Source: Chlorokybus atmophyticus
Lineage: Eukaryota > Plantae > Mesostigma and Chlorokybus algae
Direction of reading: 5' to 3'
DNA length: 64,000 bases
Assembly (NCBI GenBank): GCA_009103225.1
Contig: RHPI01000026.1
Coordinates: 305,210 to 369,209 of the forward strand
The stretch's first letter is position 1. Each line of letters opens with the position of its first letter. A model generated the notes under the pieces. It was not told the DNA's origin. It searched no databases and was given only the letters and a program-made list of their open reading frames with translations. Below, piece after piece: positions 30,001-42,231 of this stretch. A program made the translations under genes and the position numbers.

Positions 30001-33000
30001 TGGCATTCGGCGGTGAGTGAACCGTCGCGCGACAGCGAGGAGAAGGTCGGGGCGGACACCGACAGGATCTTGCCGGGGGACCTGTGTGGGTACGTGTGCG
30101 TGAGTAACTATACACACTGGGTGGGTGAGAGTGAGTCGTAACTATACACACTGGGTGGGTGAGAGTGAGTCGAGTCTCTCTCTTGCCTGTTGATGACGAA
30201 GCGGATGTCGTCTGCGTTGAGCTCGAGTGTGAGGACGGACGTCAGGGTCTGGTCTACGTACAGACCCAACCACCTGCACGACGGCAGCAACACCACCAGC
30301 GAAATCAACGACAACATTACCGACATCGTCACCAAGAGAGAGAGAGAGGAAGAGTTGTTGTGTCGTACCTGTCTCCTGTGGCGCGTACGTTGGTGAATAG
30401 CTGCGTGGAGTTGTCGAGGAGGTAGATGGGCTGCTGACCCGCGGTGCGCTTTGCCATGTCAGCCTGAGGGTGACAGTGTGGGTGTGGGTGTGGGGCGGTG
30501 GGTGCTTGTGTGCAAGCGTGTGCATGTGCGTAAACTGCGTGTGCGCGTGTACTCGTGTGAATGCTTATCTGTGGGTTTGGGTTTGGGTGTGGGTGTGGGT
30601 GGATATGCTTTTGGGTGTGTGTGCTTGTGTGCGAGCGTGTGCATGCACGTAAACTGCATGTGCGTGTGAACTTGTGTGAATATGCCTATCTGTGTGTGCA
30701 CGTGTATATGAGGACGCGCACTTGAACGTGTGCTTGTGCGTGTTTGCCTACATGTGTCTGTGTGCACCTGTGTTTCAAGTGTGCCTATGTGTGCGATTGC
30801 GTGTGATCGCGCACGCGCGCGTGGGTCTGTGGTTGCGTGCGCGTGTGTGTGCATGTGTCGTTCTCTGTCACCGTGTCCACGTTACACTTCTTTTCTTCTC
30901 ATCATCAAGCTTACAGTGACAAGGTCGACAATCTGGTTATTGAGGCAGCTACCCACCGGGAGCGCGCACTTGCCGTTCTGCTGCCTGCATGACACGCGAC
31001 CGGTCGTGTTGATGCTACACATGTTGTGTTGATGAAAATGTGAGTGTGTTGTTCCGCACTTACTGGTAGGCTGGGAAGGAGGTGCCGATGAGGTTGCACT
31101 GCGAACCGTCCATCGAGAACTGCGTCTTGTCCACCACAAGCCACTGATCTCTCCTCGCATTCTGTGTGGGGGAACACACACACACGAAAGAGAGAGAGAC
31201 ACCAAGTCACCACATCTGTGGCAGTCATCTCACCTAAAAGAGCTTTCAAACATGCACGCATACCCAAGTTGTGAGGTGGGGTATGAGCAGGAGCTGCGAC
31301 GTCATCACCCTCAACGACTACACACGATACAACACACAATTGGTTAACAACAACTACCCACAACGACACAACGACACATCCACAACAACACAGTCGAGCC
31401 CCCAACCGTGTACGGCGCGAAGTCTCCCTGCAGCTTCGCGAGCAGCGTGCGGTTGGAGTCGACCGCGACGGGCGTGGAGGGACTCAACACCAGAGACTCC
31501 TGTGTCACATGTTGGGATGTGGGGATGTGGGGGTGTTGGAATGTTGGGAGCAAGGGAAGTGTTGCGTGTGTACCGATGTCTGGTAGGGTGTGGTTTGTTT
31601 CTGGATGGTAACGACTAGGTTGAACTCCAGCGAAGCCTCACCGATGGAGTAGGCAGAGTACCTGGTGTGTTGGATCAGAATCAGTGAGTCAGTGAGTAAG
31701 TGAGAGTGGTGCGCACACACGCACGCATATAGTGTGTATTCGTGCATGTGCGCGTGCGCGCGCGAGTTTGTGCGCGCATATCTGCGAGTGTGTGCGTGTG
31801 CTTCATCACCAACAGCACCTCCTCCCACCCCCCTCTCACCACAAGCCATTGAATCTCAGGCAATGGTAGCTCTCGCTCGTCCCTCCAAACAACCCCCCGC
31901 TAAACCAATTACAATCCAGATTCCCCCGCGTCCGGGTGTCGGGACCGTTGCCGAACGTGGAGTCCCAGGTGTTGTCGAAACCGCAGCCGCAGCAGAAGCC
32001 CTGGGACTGGGGGATAGAGACGCCCGAGGAGTCCTTGAACCTGAGAGGGGGGGGGGNNNNNNNNNNNNNNNNNNNNNNNNNNNNNNNNNNNNNNNNNNNN
32101 NNNNNNNNNNNNNNNNNNNNNNNNNNNNNNNNNNNNNNNNNNNNNNNNNNNNNNNNNNNNNNNNNNNNNNNNNNNNNNNNNNNNNNNNNNNNNNNNNNNN
32201 NNNNNNNNNNNNNNNNNNNNNNNNNNNNNGGGTGGGTGGGTGGGTGGGAGTGTATCTGTATCTGTATCTGTATCCGTATGTGTGTATCTGTGTATCCGTA
32301 TCTGTAGTGTATCTGTATCGGGATGTGTGTATCTGTATCGGGATGTGCTCTTGTGTATTTGCGGGCCTGTGTATTTGTGTATGCGCGTGTGCGCGTGTGA
32401 GTGCGGTAGTGTGTGCGTATCTGTATGTGTGCGTGTGCGTGTGCGTGTATGTGTCTATGTTACCATCCGCAGGTTGGGCTCGTGTCGAAGTCGCCTGCAC
32501 TGCAGCTGCTGCTGTAGTTCCACAGCTCGTAGGGAGCGTAGTTGAAGTCCTGATGTCAAGGATGAGAGCATGTGAGTGAGTGAGTCTCTCACTCTCGCGC
32601 TTTGCATCACACGCGCACACACCCACCTTGATGTAGTAGATGGGGTACGTGTTATACACTGGCGTCTTGACAACCGATATGGCGTATGGCACTGTCATGG
32701 ACTTGACTACGCCGTCCACGTCGGCAGCTTGCGTCACGTACGCCTGCACGCTCGTCGTCGCCAACGTCTGCAATGAGGGAGGGGGGACAAGGTTGCTGAG
32801 GAACACTCTCACACGCGGGTGTATGCAAACTCACACGTAAGCATGTGTGCACGTGTGCACATGTGCGCGTTTATACATGTGTACCTACACACGGATCCGT
32901 GCGCACCACACGTGCACGCGCACACTTCTGCCACGCACGCACAAAACAAGATATGTGCGTGCGCGCGGGGAAACAAGCGCGCGTGTGCATGTGCGCGTGT

Positions 33001-33303
33001 GTGTTTACTGCGCGTGCGTGCGTGAGTGTGTGTGTGTGTGTCGCACACGCACAAGCATCCCACCCCCACCCATCTACCCTCACTCACGTGTCCGCTCGTG
33101 ACGCTCATGGTGACGACCATCTTCTTGCTGCAGCTTATGGTCTCGTTCGCATTGATCCCAACGGTGCCGTCGTTGACGCAAGTGTTGATAGCACTCGAGG
33201 CCAGGATCGTGGAGTCACCGGCCACCGACACAACAAGAAGCAACAAGAAGAGTGGGATAGACAGTGTGCTGATGGGAGGTCTTCCAGGAGAAGGATGAGA
33301 CAT
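27051..33303 (-). CDS. HAP2: HAP2/GCS1 class II gamete fusogen, about 21 exons
   Basis: Signal peptide (IPLFLLLLVVSVAG); ILASSAINTC..CSKKMVVTMSV; DFNYAPYE..C..PTCGW; SQGFCCGC..RTRGNLDC..SESYHCLRF; LVLSP..LLAKLQGDF; WLVVDKTQFSMDGSQCNLIGTSF; C..PVGSCLNNQI; SVLTLELNADDIRFVINRSPGKI; NSGTLDADYTVSVVNCS; CIVVLYDSRG..DTSPVTFKTNAT; TM segment followed by CC. ATG at 33303, TGA at 27051-27053. No in-frame stops seen in the exons I traced. Confidence 0.95.
30104..30171. repeat. Exact 34-bp tandem duplication in a HAP2 intron
   Basis: GTAACTATACACACTGGGTGGGTGAGAGTGAGTC at 30104-30137 and 30138-30171. Confidence 0.9.
32057..32229. other. Assembly gap (N run) inside HAP2 intron 3
   Basis: The flanking exons join in phase 2 (TG|G = Trp, PTCGW-FKDS), so no missing exon is required. 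Confidence 0.95.
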
Positions 33304-33941
33304 GGTGGGGGGGAAGGAATGGGGATGGTGTGTATGTGGGTATGTTGGTGTTTGAGTGTGTGGCACTTGTGTCAACTTGACAGTGTTGAGGGTCTGTATG
33401 TGTGCATGGGTGGGTGGGAGGGTGGGTGGGTGTCTCTCAGTCAAAGGGTTGGGCTACGGTCCTGGGCTCGGACTAAGTTAATCAGTAGGGGTGTTGACTG
33501 AGACCTTATCCTGGGGTGGGATTCTCACTCTCAAGGGTTGACACAGACGATACAGTACCAATCATGTTGTGTGTGTGTGCGTGCATGTCAAGTGGTACTG
33601 ATGGTACTAACCCCTGCTGATACACTATTAGATCCAACTCAGTGCCAGTCACTGCTGCTCGCTGTTGCTTCTACAGGCAGTGTGGATAGGCCCTAAGCTT
33701 CATGTGGCACAGCAAGGTGGGATTGACTTAGTGACACAACAACGAAGTCCAATCCAACATTAAGTGCCAATGCAGCGCCTGTTCGTATCTCTGCTCGCAC
33801 CTGCGCCGACAATCGACGTCAATGTTAACGCCGACGTGAGGTACATGTAGTTTAGTAACGTCGGCGTTGTGGCGGAGAAAATCAGGGGTTTTGTGGCGAC
33901 GGCGACGGTGGTGGTGCCGGTGTCGGTGGGGTCAGCGTGGC

Positions 33942-34285
33942 ATGGATCCTGGTACAAGCGTGCCTGTGCGACCCGTGACGTACCTGTGTGGCGGTACGAC
34001 CCATTTGTCTCCTCTCATGTTGTTGGGTTTCTGTTGGCTGGTATTGCGGCAGTGTGACGCTGTGTGTTGTGGCATGGGCAGACTGCGGCGCTGATAACCA
34101 GCTCAGGCCCGGGGACGTCATTCAGTGCCGTGAGTGTGGCTACCGCATTCTCTACAAGAAGCGCACCAAGCGAGGTATGTTTGACACAGGATGCCAGTCT
34201 CTCCTGCAAGTCTCAACGGCTTGCATGCTTTCTGAGGCTGCCGTTTTCCTCCCCTTTTGCAGTTGTGCAGTATGAAGCTCGCTGA
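33942..34285 (+). CDS. RPB12: Shared RNA polymerase I/II/III subunit RPB12 (RPABC4), 3 exons
   Basis: [17 protein letters not shown]|[31 protein letters not shown]|VVQYEAR, TGA. Confidence 0.97.
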
Positions 34286-34665
34286 GCGCTAAGCAAGCGT
34301 GAACACCAGCTTCAGAGGGCAACAGCACCTTCATGTAAGACCTGACATATCCATGGCATGCGTGGTTCAGTTTGAAGACTCAATGCATGACTACCATGAA
34401 GGGACAGCAATTACAAACATGCCGCCTGTTCATATGCAACTGTTACGTGTTAGTGTGATGACTAGAGTCGTTTGCGCTTGAACCTGCAGCTTGATTGTGT
34501 TGCATGAATCTTTTGCTTACTCTGCTTCTACACAGCCAGCACGCATTACCATGTATGTTTCTGCATGTTGCTTGATCCTTTGCATTGTTTATAACTTTGT
34601 TGCACATGAACTTCGTTGCTCATTGCAGATTGCCTGTATGTGGCGACATCAGGCCTGACTTGCCT

Positions 34666-36130
34666 ATGTGCAGTGTCTCTGCCCACAACGCGTTTGACAT
34701 GGGCCACTACAGCAGCAAGGCGGTAACCTTCCCTCCCTGCAGGGCACAACAACAAGACCACCTCGTCCTCACCGACGAGGCTGCGGCCATAGCCGATCTT
34801 GTCCTCACCGACGACGACCTGCTCCTCTGCATCCTGCGCTTCCTGCCATCCCTTCAAGACTTGTGCGTCGTTGCGCGCGTGTCGCGCAGATGGAACGCGC
34901 TGTCCCAAGACAGCGTCGCGTGGCACGAGCACTTCAAGCGAGTTCACCCGCAACTCGGGAAGCAGTTGCAGCCGCGGGGGCCGGTGGACTGGAAGCGTGT
35001 GTGCAAGGCAGTAGGTGAGTGTTGATGGGCACTATACCGTTGGTACAGAACCTTGCATTCGTTTGCTGCTTGCTTATTCTTTACCGACTAGATTGCCTTC
35101 GATGCGATAGGCTAGGGCTTGACTTGGTTGACGTATACTCACCAAATCTATGTGTGCGCATTCTGTCTTCAGACGCCCTGTGGTCGAATAAGTATGTGGA
35201 GAGTCTTGCCATTGCTGGCATCGCGTCTTCTTCGCACGAGTATGACCAAACCATTGAGCACACCTGCCGGGGCGACTCCTACGGGTTTTGGTAGGTGGTG
35301 TTGTATGTTGCGTGCTGCATGTTGTAGTGCAATAGATGGTTACCTCTTCCGTTGCACTGTCAACTTGTGCTTTTGCGTGACTATTTTTGTTGGTCGATGC
35401 AGGAGCAGCGCACCATGCTTGGACAAAAATGGTAGCGAGTGGCTTAAGTACCAGCTGTTGGACGGGCCAGCAATCATAAAGTCGGTGTCGTTGATGCCAT
35501 TCGCCTCTAGGCGGTATGCACATGAAGAGTTGCACGGACGCATGCACCCGCACTCCCACACACATCTATGCGCATGCGCATGCACAGCACAGGCTGGGTT
35601 TGCTTGCTTTGTCATTCATCACACACTGCGTTTTGCATGCAGGTGCTATGCCCCCAGGGCGCTGAAGGTGTTTGCTGGCATGTCTTCAGATGATCAATGC
35701 CTCTATCCTGGCTCTCAGGAGTATTCGCCAGTCCGGAACAGGCCTTGTGAGTAGCTATTTCATGCATCACTTGCAGCTGTCTGTACGTGATGATGGCCAT
35801 CACACACTGGCACTTCACACATGGTTTGCTTTATCCATGTGCGGCAATTGGGAATGTCACGAGTGCCATCGCAACTGCCTTCTGTTTGAGCTTGTCCATG
35901 CTCGCTTCTTGCTTGTTATGCACTTGAGCAAGCATCAAGCATCGTCAGCTCGAGGTTGACCGACCAGTTGTTAACAGACATGGAAGAGCACCCTTTGCCC
36001 GATTTGGTGCTCGGTGAGTACGTCAAGCTCGACATGTACGGCTATCACGCAGCCCACTTTGTTTCCGGCAGAGAGCAGGACTACTACCAGTGCTTGATGC
36101 GCGTGCTGGTGGTTGGCCACCCGTGCGGTG
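34666..36130 (+). CDS. F-box protein with probable C-terminal galactose-binding-like beta-sandwich; 3' end uncertain
   Basis: F-box DDLLLCILRFLPSLQDLCVVARVSRRWNALSQDSVAW; later exons IASSSHEYDQTIEHTC..YGFWSS, EWLKYQL..AIIKSVSLMPF, CYAPRALKVFAG, YVKLDMYG. The layout recalls a plant F-box family with this domain (inference). Confidence 0.75.
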
Positions 36131-36699
36131 AGTAGCACACAAAGCTGTTTCTCTTATATCACTGGTGTCAGGTTAGACTAGACAAGCCTTCGCATGCTTA
36201 TGTTGTTGCAATTGCGCAATGCATATGAACACATATGATTACATACCTGATGCCTGCCTTGGTTGCGCAGATACGCTGAAGGACCAGTATTTGCGCCAAG
36301 TTGTTGCATCGTGCACTTGCAAAGCAAGTTGACTCGCAGCTGAGGCGCACTATGCACCTGTTCTCGCCAATGACAGTGTCTTGGCAACAGATTTCTCAAC
36401 ATGTTCTGCGGCGGCGGCAACACACGCAGCTGGTTTGTCATTGGTTCCTCATGCGTGCCGAGCATTATCCTTTTATGTTGGGGGGGTCATTGGCTTTGAG
36501 TAATTGGGGGGGGGTTTCCATACCATGACATGGCAGTAGTTGACGTTTGTAGTTCCCAACTTACTTGATTATGTACAGCGGTGTTTCAGTAGTTTGGTTG
36601 TTGCTCCTTCCCCTACAGTAGCAGCGGATTGCAGTGTCCGTTGTGGGGCGGATGCAGTCGTTTGCGGTTTTTGCTTATATTCTGTTTGTGGAAGACATG

Positions 36700-39600
36700 C
36701 ATTGTGTTGTTGTTGCTACACATGCAGCACGACCGCTGCACACGATGGTCATGTTCTGCCTGCTGACGGCTGTCGTGCTGGAGAGCACTGTGGTGACGGC
36801 CTGACTGACAGCTGACACACTGAGTGCAGCACCAGCGGCAGAATGGCGCAGTTGGCGGCCTCCAGAGCGGCCAACCGGCGCTTCTCCTTCTGCAGCCTCA
36901 TCAACCTGCTCAGTAAACCCCACCTTGAGCCAGCCAAAACGCATGCCATTGTGTAGTGTGCTCCAGTTTGCACGCGGGCGACATACCTCAGCCTTTGGCA
37001 AGGCTCAATACTTCCCGTGCTTCAGCTTGTATCCTCTTTGGCTTGGAGACCTTGCCTTTGCCATCTCTGCTTGCAAGGGCTTTTGGTCCATTACGACCCA
37101 GGGAGCTTTATCCACAACAATGCCACTGGCAGTTGCAGAGGTCGGCAAGGACTCTACCGGCCTTTCCCTGACAATCTGTGCCTTTTTCACTGCTGGCTTG
37201 ATCGGTGGTCGTGGTGCTTCCACCATAGGCTCCTCCTACTTGGGTGGTGGTGCAGGCTTCGTTGTTGTTTTCTCTACCTGCCATTGAGGAGTGCATGCAT
37301 ACACTCCCTTTTCTCGGCGCACAGAGCCTCGGCGTGCTGCTTGGCCTCAGCCATAGCCGTTACGGTGCGGATCTCATATGCCTAGTGTCCCGATGTTCTT
37401 TCCTGCCAGGAGGCGGCGAGTGATGAACAAGCAGATATGTTAGGTTTAACATCACACTCCCGGAGCGTTGCGCAGTTTCAAAGTAAACATTGCTAACAAT
37501 TGCTGTCCAGTGGCTAATCGATATGCTCACCTAACTGTATGTGGTCTGCTTCGCAACCCGGTGCTCCTTGAGCTCATCATGTTGCCCTCGATGTGGCGTA
37601 CCATTCCTGATACACTCAATCTGGGCATCAAAGGCAGCTGCTTTCTCACCAACGCTTGTCCAGGACCTGTGATTGAATGGCACCGAGGTTGATGGAATAG
37701 CCAACGGGTGTGCCAAGCCGCTGTAGAACCAGAGCTGAACATCGAACCGGACAACCCTGTTTAGCTCCTGATGAACAGCATGCTGACTGCGCAAAGATGT
37801 AGACCAGACGAAAATGTCTAGTATCGCTTCGCACAGCAAATCGATTAGCTACTAGCTAGACTGCAGACAATTCATTGTGGAGTAATATCATTGCAGCAAT
37901 TTGCTGTAGCGTTTTGTTACCTTGCTAGAGCTACAAATGGAGCTTGTCATGCTCTGCCTGTGTGCCAGACAACAAATCTTCTGACTGTCCAGCTGGCGCG
38001 CCATCTTCCTGCCTCCTGCAGCTGCTTACATTGCCTGGTGGATCAGATTCATCTTCTCCGCAAGAGCAATGCTTTTGTATTCTATGCAGGACTCGTCCTC
38101 TTGCAATGCTGCAGTCGGCGCAAGGATGCATGCAATGCTATGTGTCATTGGCAGGCAGTAACTACTGTAAAGATTGCTTGGGTCCTGCAACGAGTCACCT
38201 ACCGAGGCATTCAAATCTGCCAAGCTGTAGCACAGCAGCTCCAAAGACTTGGTGCGCACTTTTTTGGTCTTTTCAGCGCCGCGTTATAGTAAAGCCCGAG
38301 CAAATGCCATTGTGTGTGTCACAAAATGTTACCAACATGCTCCTTAGCCATGGCCCCTAGCTAGTAACTGTGTCTGGAGGTGGGAGCGGAAGGGTGGAGG
38401 TTTTGTACTTGCTTGCTTGTTTGTACGTTGCCTTGTGGTGCTCTGCTTGCTGTTGCTGCTCAAAACTCGCACATACATAACTACTGCAATCGACAAGCAA
38501 AGGCGACCTGCAGGAACGCAATGGTTGCCTGTTTGGCTTTAATCTCTGCTCGAGCCTTCTTCAGCCTTCCCTGCGCAGTCATGACGTTGCTGATCACCTG
38601 ACTGCAAGTCGCCGTGCAAAGCACAACCAACCTCTTACAAGTGCATACCCAATGGCTTCCTTGCTGCTGCTTGCTCACTTCTCAGACAATGGCATGAAGT
38701 AATGTACAGTTGCAATGTTCAAAGCAGTGTCATCGCTTACATCTAACCTGCTTCATTGAAAGTGCTACTTGGCAAGCTTCTGCCTTGCTCCCGTCAGTTC
38801 CCCTAACAAGTTATGCATGGGACGGGAGCTGCTGGCAACCGCATGTCAGCCAAACAGCCATACCACAAAAACCTTCACATCCCACACAGCCACACCAACA
38901 TGGCACTCAATGCACAAGATGGTACTCTTTGGCATGCATGATGCAGTCCAACAATGTAAGGCAATTCAGCCACAGTTCCCCACTACTAGCAATCGCAGCA
39001 ATATAAGGACGAATTGAGCGGATCAGCCTGCAGTCTCCAATTGCAATCCAGCGGCACTCCAGCAAGCCGAGCAGGGGCGACAGCGGCACCTAGGCTCACG
39101 TAGAACGCCACTCATAAAGTTCGACAACAAAACCCCTTGTCATCAACACATTACCACAACCAGCCAAGCGGTGGCATGCAGGCACATGAAGTCACGTACA
39201 TGAAGACATGCACATGCCGCGCAAGCAACGCTACCTAACTCTCACCCTGTGCTATAGGGGTTGTAAGCACACACGCCTGCAAACATATTGGGGAAGGTTC
39301 TGGCACTGTTCACAATCAACAGCGCGGCGGTGGTGAGCAAGTACCCTATGACGCACGAGCAACACGGTGCATGCGCCGGAGTGCATCCGCTACAACGGCC
39401 TCTCTTGCGGATCATAAAGCGCTCCCTTCAGAGAGCGCTCAACACCTCAAGGGACTTGTCATCATGTCCAACTGAACATGCTCTGCAACGGCATCTACAG
39501 CAACCATGATCGCGTGCATGTGCATGTCAACACACGCATATGCACTCGCATTCTCATATGTACGCGTACATGTGTAAGCACTCACACATATATGTGGGCA

Positions 39601-40636
39601 TGGGTATGCAATCACTTGTTCATCCAGCCTTTACGGGAACAACAGTCACTTCTCCACACACATAACTTACCTTTAGTGCCGGACAAGTGGGCGCGAAAGG
39701 CTTACCCTTCGCTCAAGCTGTTGTCTTCATGGGTGCACGCTTGCTCAAGGGCTGAGAGTTTGGATCATATAGCAAAGAAGAACGTGGCAGGGAGACAAGA
39801 GAACAAAGAGAGAAAACTTGCATGCAGCCCCTAGCTGGAAAAACTTGCATGCACAAACATCATGTACGAACACAGCACAAACAATGCGCGTCGCTTACAT
39901 TTTGTGACTTGAATGGCAACCAACTCAGTTGAGTCTCCACACTCATGGCAACAACAATCATGCATTAACTAATGCACAGTACGCGTACGCGTCTATGCGT
40001 GTCAAATGAGCTTCAGATTAACCCGCGGATCTTGCGGTTTGTAATGACATGCACAGTACGCTGTGCACCTTCTTCCAACATCGCGGGGGTGAAGTCTTCG
40101 CGCCTCCCAAGGGCCACCGCAAGAACAGCAGCTTCAAATGGGCAGAATTCCCACAAGAGCTTAAGACTGCGAGCACGTTGATCAACTCGCACGATATCGC
40201 TGACCGCGAGGGTCTCCACAGCCTCCACAATACTGGCAGCATGAAATGCAAATCCGTTGTCTAGTCGCTGTGGTGCTCCGCTCAACCAGCGGGTCAAAGG
40301 TAAATCTCCAACAATCTTTCCACAGAACAGCATATCAATGTTGTAGATGTCCTCCAGCTTACCATGCCACGCAGCGCGCTCTTGGTTATTGTTGAATTGT
40401 TGATGCCTCAATGCCACTTGAATGTAGGCATCCAACTGGTCTCCAGCCGTAAAAACTAGCTCCGTCGCAAGCGTGCCCAAGAACCGTTTCGGATTGGCAT
40501 TCACGTCAGCTGCAAATTGCTCATCCTGTGTGTCATCCACTAAACCCAACAGCCGCTCCTGCGCCTTCGCAATTGGTTCGAACCATCTTGGTGGCTCTGT
40601 CATCAGAAAGGTGCACGCAATGAGTTTCACGCAAAT
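36700..40636 (-). pseudogene. Decayed multi-exon orphan gene: ~189-aa unknown domain, two GCRCxxC repeats, coiled-coil region, P/K-rich tail
   Basis: In-phase exons 40636-40069, 39751-39706, 39494-39345 and 39089 onward. In-frame TGA in the 39494 and 39089 exons, TAA at 38284-38286, TAG at 37236-37238. Two acceptors are mutated relative to the + strand paralog. Confidence 0.6.
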
Positions 40637-41310
40637 CTGAGGAAGTGCATGCAGACAAATCAAACAAAACAAGTTACAGTACACAGTCGCTGCTCCTTTG
40701 TCTGACACACACAAACCAATCCTTGACGAAATCTCAAACATCCGCATTTGCACCCGCCTGCAACTGAGGAAGAAGAGGATGACTAGCAAGTGGTTATGGG
40801 TGAGGTGGCGGGACCGGCATCTGATGAGCGTGAAGCAGGAGTTCAAGCTGGGAATGCAGGTACACTGATCTGCTTAAGCCACCTTGAACTTCTGAGCATA
40901 TTATGTTGGTGGTACCTGCAGCTGCATCGTAGGATAGTGTGCAGTCTCTGAACTGCACCATGTGTGCCAGAGATAACCGTCCGGTGCATTATGTTTCATG
41001 TTGGTTCTGTTGGGATTGAGGAATTTCGCTGGTATTGCCGTTTAATATGTGATTGCCAACAGCAGCAGCAGCAGCAGCACTGCTGCGGCAGCTCCATTTA
41101 CACGCATTTAGTTCCTTGTTTGCATCCCCAAGCCCAAGGTTGACGATGCTCTCGCAGCAGGTTAGACGTGTGCGATGGCACTGCTAATGCGCAATATGGC
41201 AACAGCACAGCAACTCATGCCATTGTCCGAGACCAGGAGCAAGTTGCATGTGAAATTATTATTGGCTTATGCGCACGTTAAGGGTTGATTGACAAAGGCT
41301 GTGTTGCAGG

Positions 41311-42010
41311 TGGCTAGCAGTCAGGTGGTTACTTCAACATCATCGCTGTGCAGGAAAGGTTGAAGAAGTCTCGGGAAAAGATCAGGGCCAAGCAGGACAC
41401 CATGGCGCCCCTGCAGGTTGGCACTTCACTTGTCAGTCGGCGTTCTGGATACGCTTTGTGTTATTCACATACAATGACATTGTGTACTTCTTATACAACG
41501 ACGTTGCTCTCAGGTTTCATTGAAACGCGGTGAGGAGACCAGAAATGCGCGCACCAAGTTTGGGTAGATGCTGTGCGCTAGCGAGGCAGAATCAGATGCC
41601 TTGGTAATCAGTGATTGCGTTAATTGACCAAATGTTCAGCATGGTAGTTGATGCTTGCTTGTTGCAAATGTGTTTAGCATGCATGGTGCGTACATGTTGG
41701 TATCCGCCTGCCAAACTACTTCCAATTCCAAGTGGCAACTTGAGGAGTCAGAGCAAGCGTATGAGAAACGCCGTAAGGTACATATAGCAGTAATCATGCA
41801 GTGTGGCTGTGTATGCATGTTGCATGGTGTGACAACAGCACGTCATATGTTGTGTGCACCAATCAGCCACAAAGGAATGCACCTTAGGTGCATGACGAAG
41901 TGATAACTTGCACTGTACCTCCACAAATTGCAGGAGCATTAGTCAGGCATCAGAGGGAAGTAGAAGGCTAAATTTCCAGCTTGTTGCGGGAGAGTATACG
42001 AGGTGCTCCA
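41311..42010 (+). pseudogene. Partial inverted paralog of the coiled-coil exons of the 36.7-40.6 kb pseudogene
   Basis: 41317-41418 (VQERLKKSREKIRAKQDTMAPLQ) aligns with the reverse complement of 38506-38605 (AQGRLKKARAEIKAKQATIAFLQ). ~41524-41600 aligns with ~38207-38287. Stops at 41565-41567 (TAG) and 41969-41971 (TAA). Confidence 0.7.
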
Positions 42011-42231
42011 TCATAGTTTACAGAAAATGCAAGTGATGCATGTAACACTGGTGTGTTTGTGTCGCAGCTTACACGTTGCACCCTCGTGCATGACAAGATG
42101 ATGCTTCCCACTTGGATGGCATTTAGTAAGGAACTGCTTCAACCACACTACAGGAAAGTAAGAGGCTGAAGTGCAATATCATGTTGCGCGCGAGCACAGT
42201 GTGTATTTGTTGTAATATCCATGTTGCAGCG

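Noticed and set aside
32057-32229. Missing HAP2 exon in the N gap
   Set aside because: The flanking exons splice in phase and give the expected PTCGW..SQGFCC spacing.
28080-33501. Many His/Thr- or Cys/Val-rich ORFs (HTHTH, CVCVC) of 100-300 aa
   Set aside because: Translations of (CA/GT)n-rich HAP2 introns. Only short internal segments are real exons.
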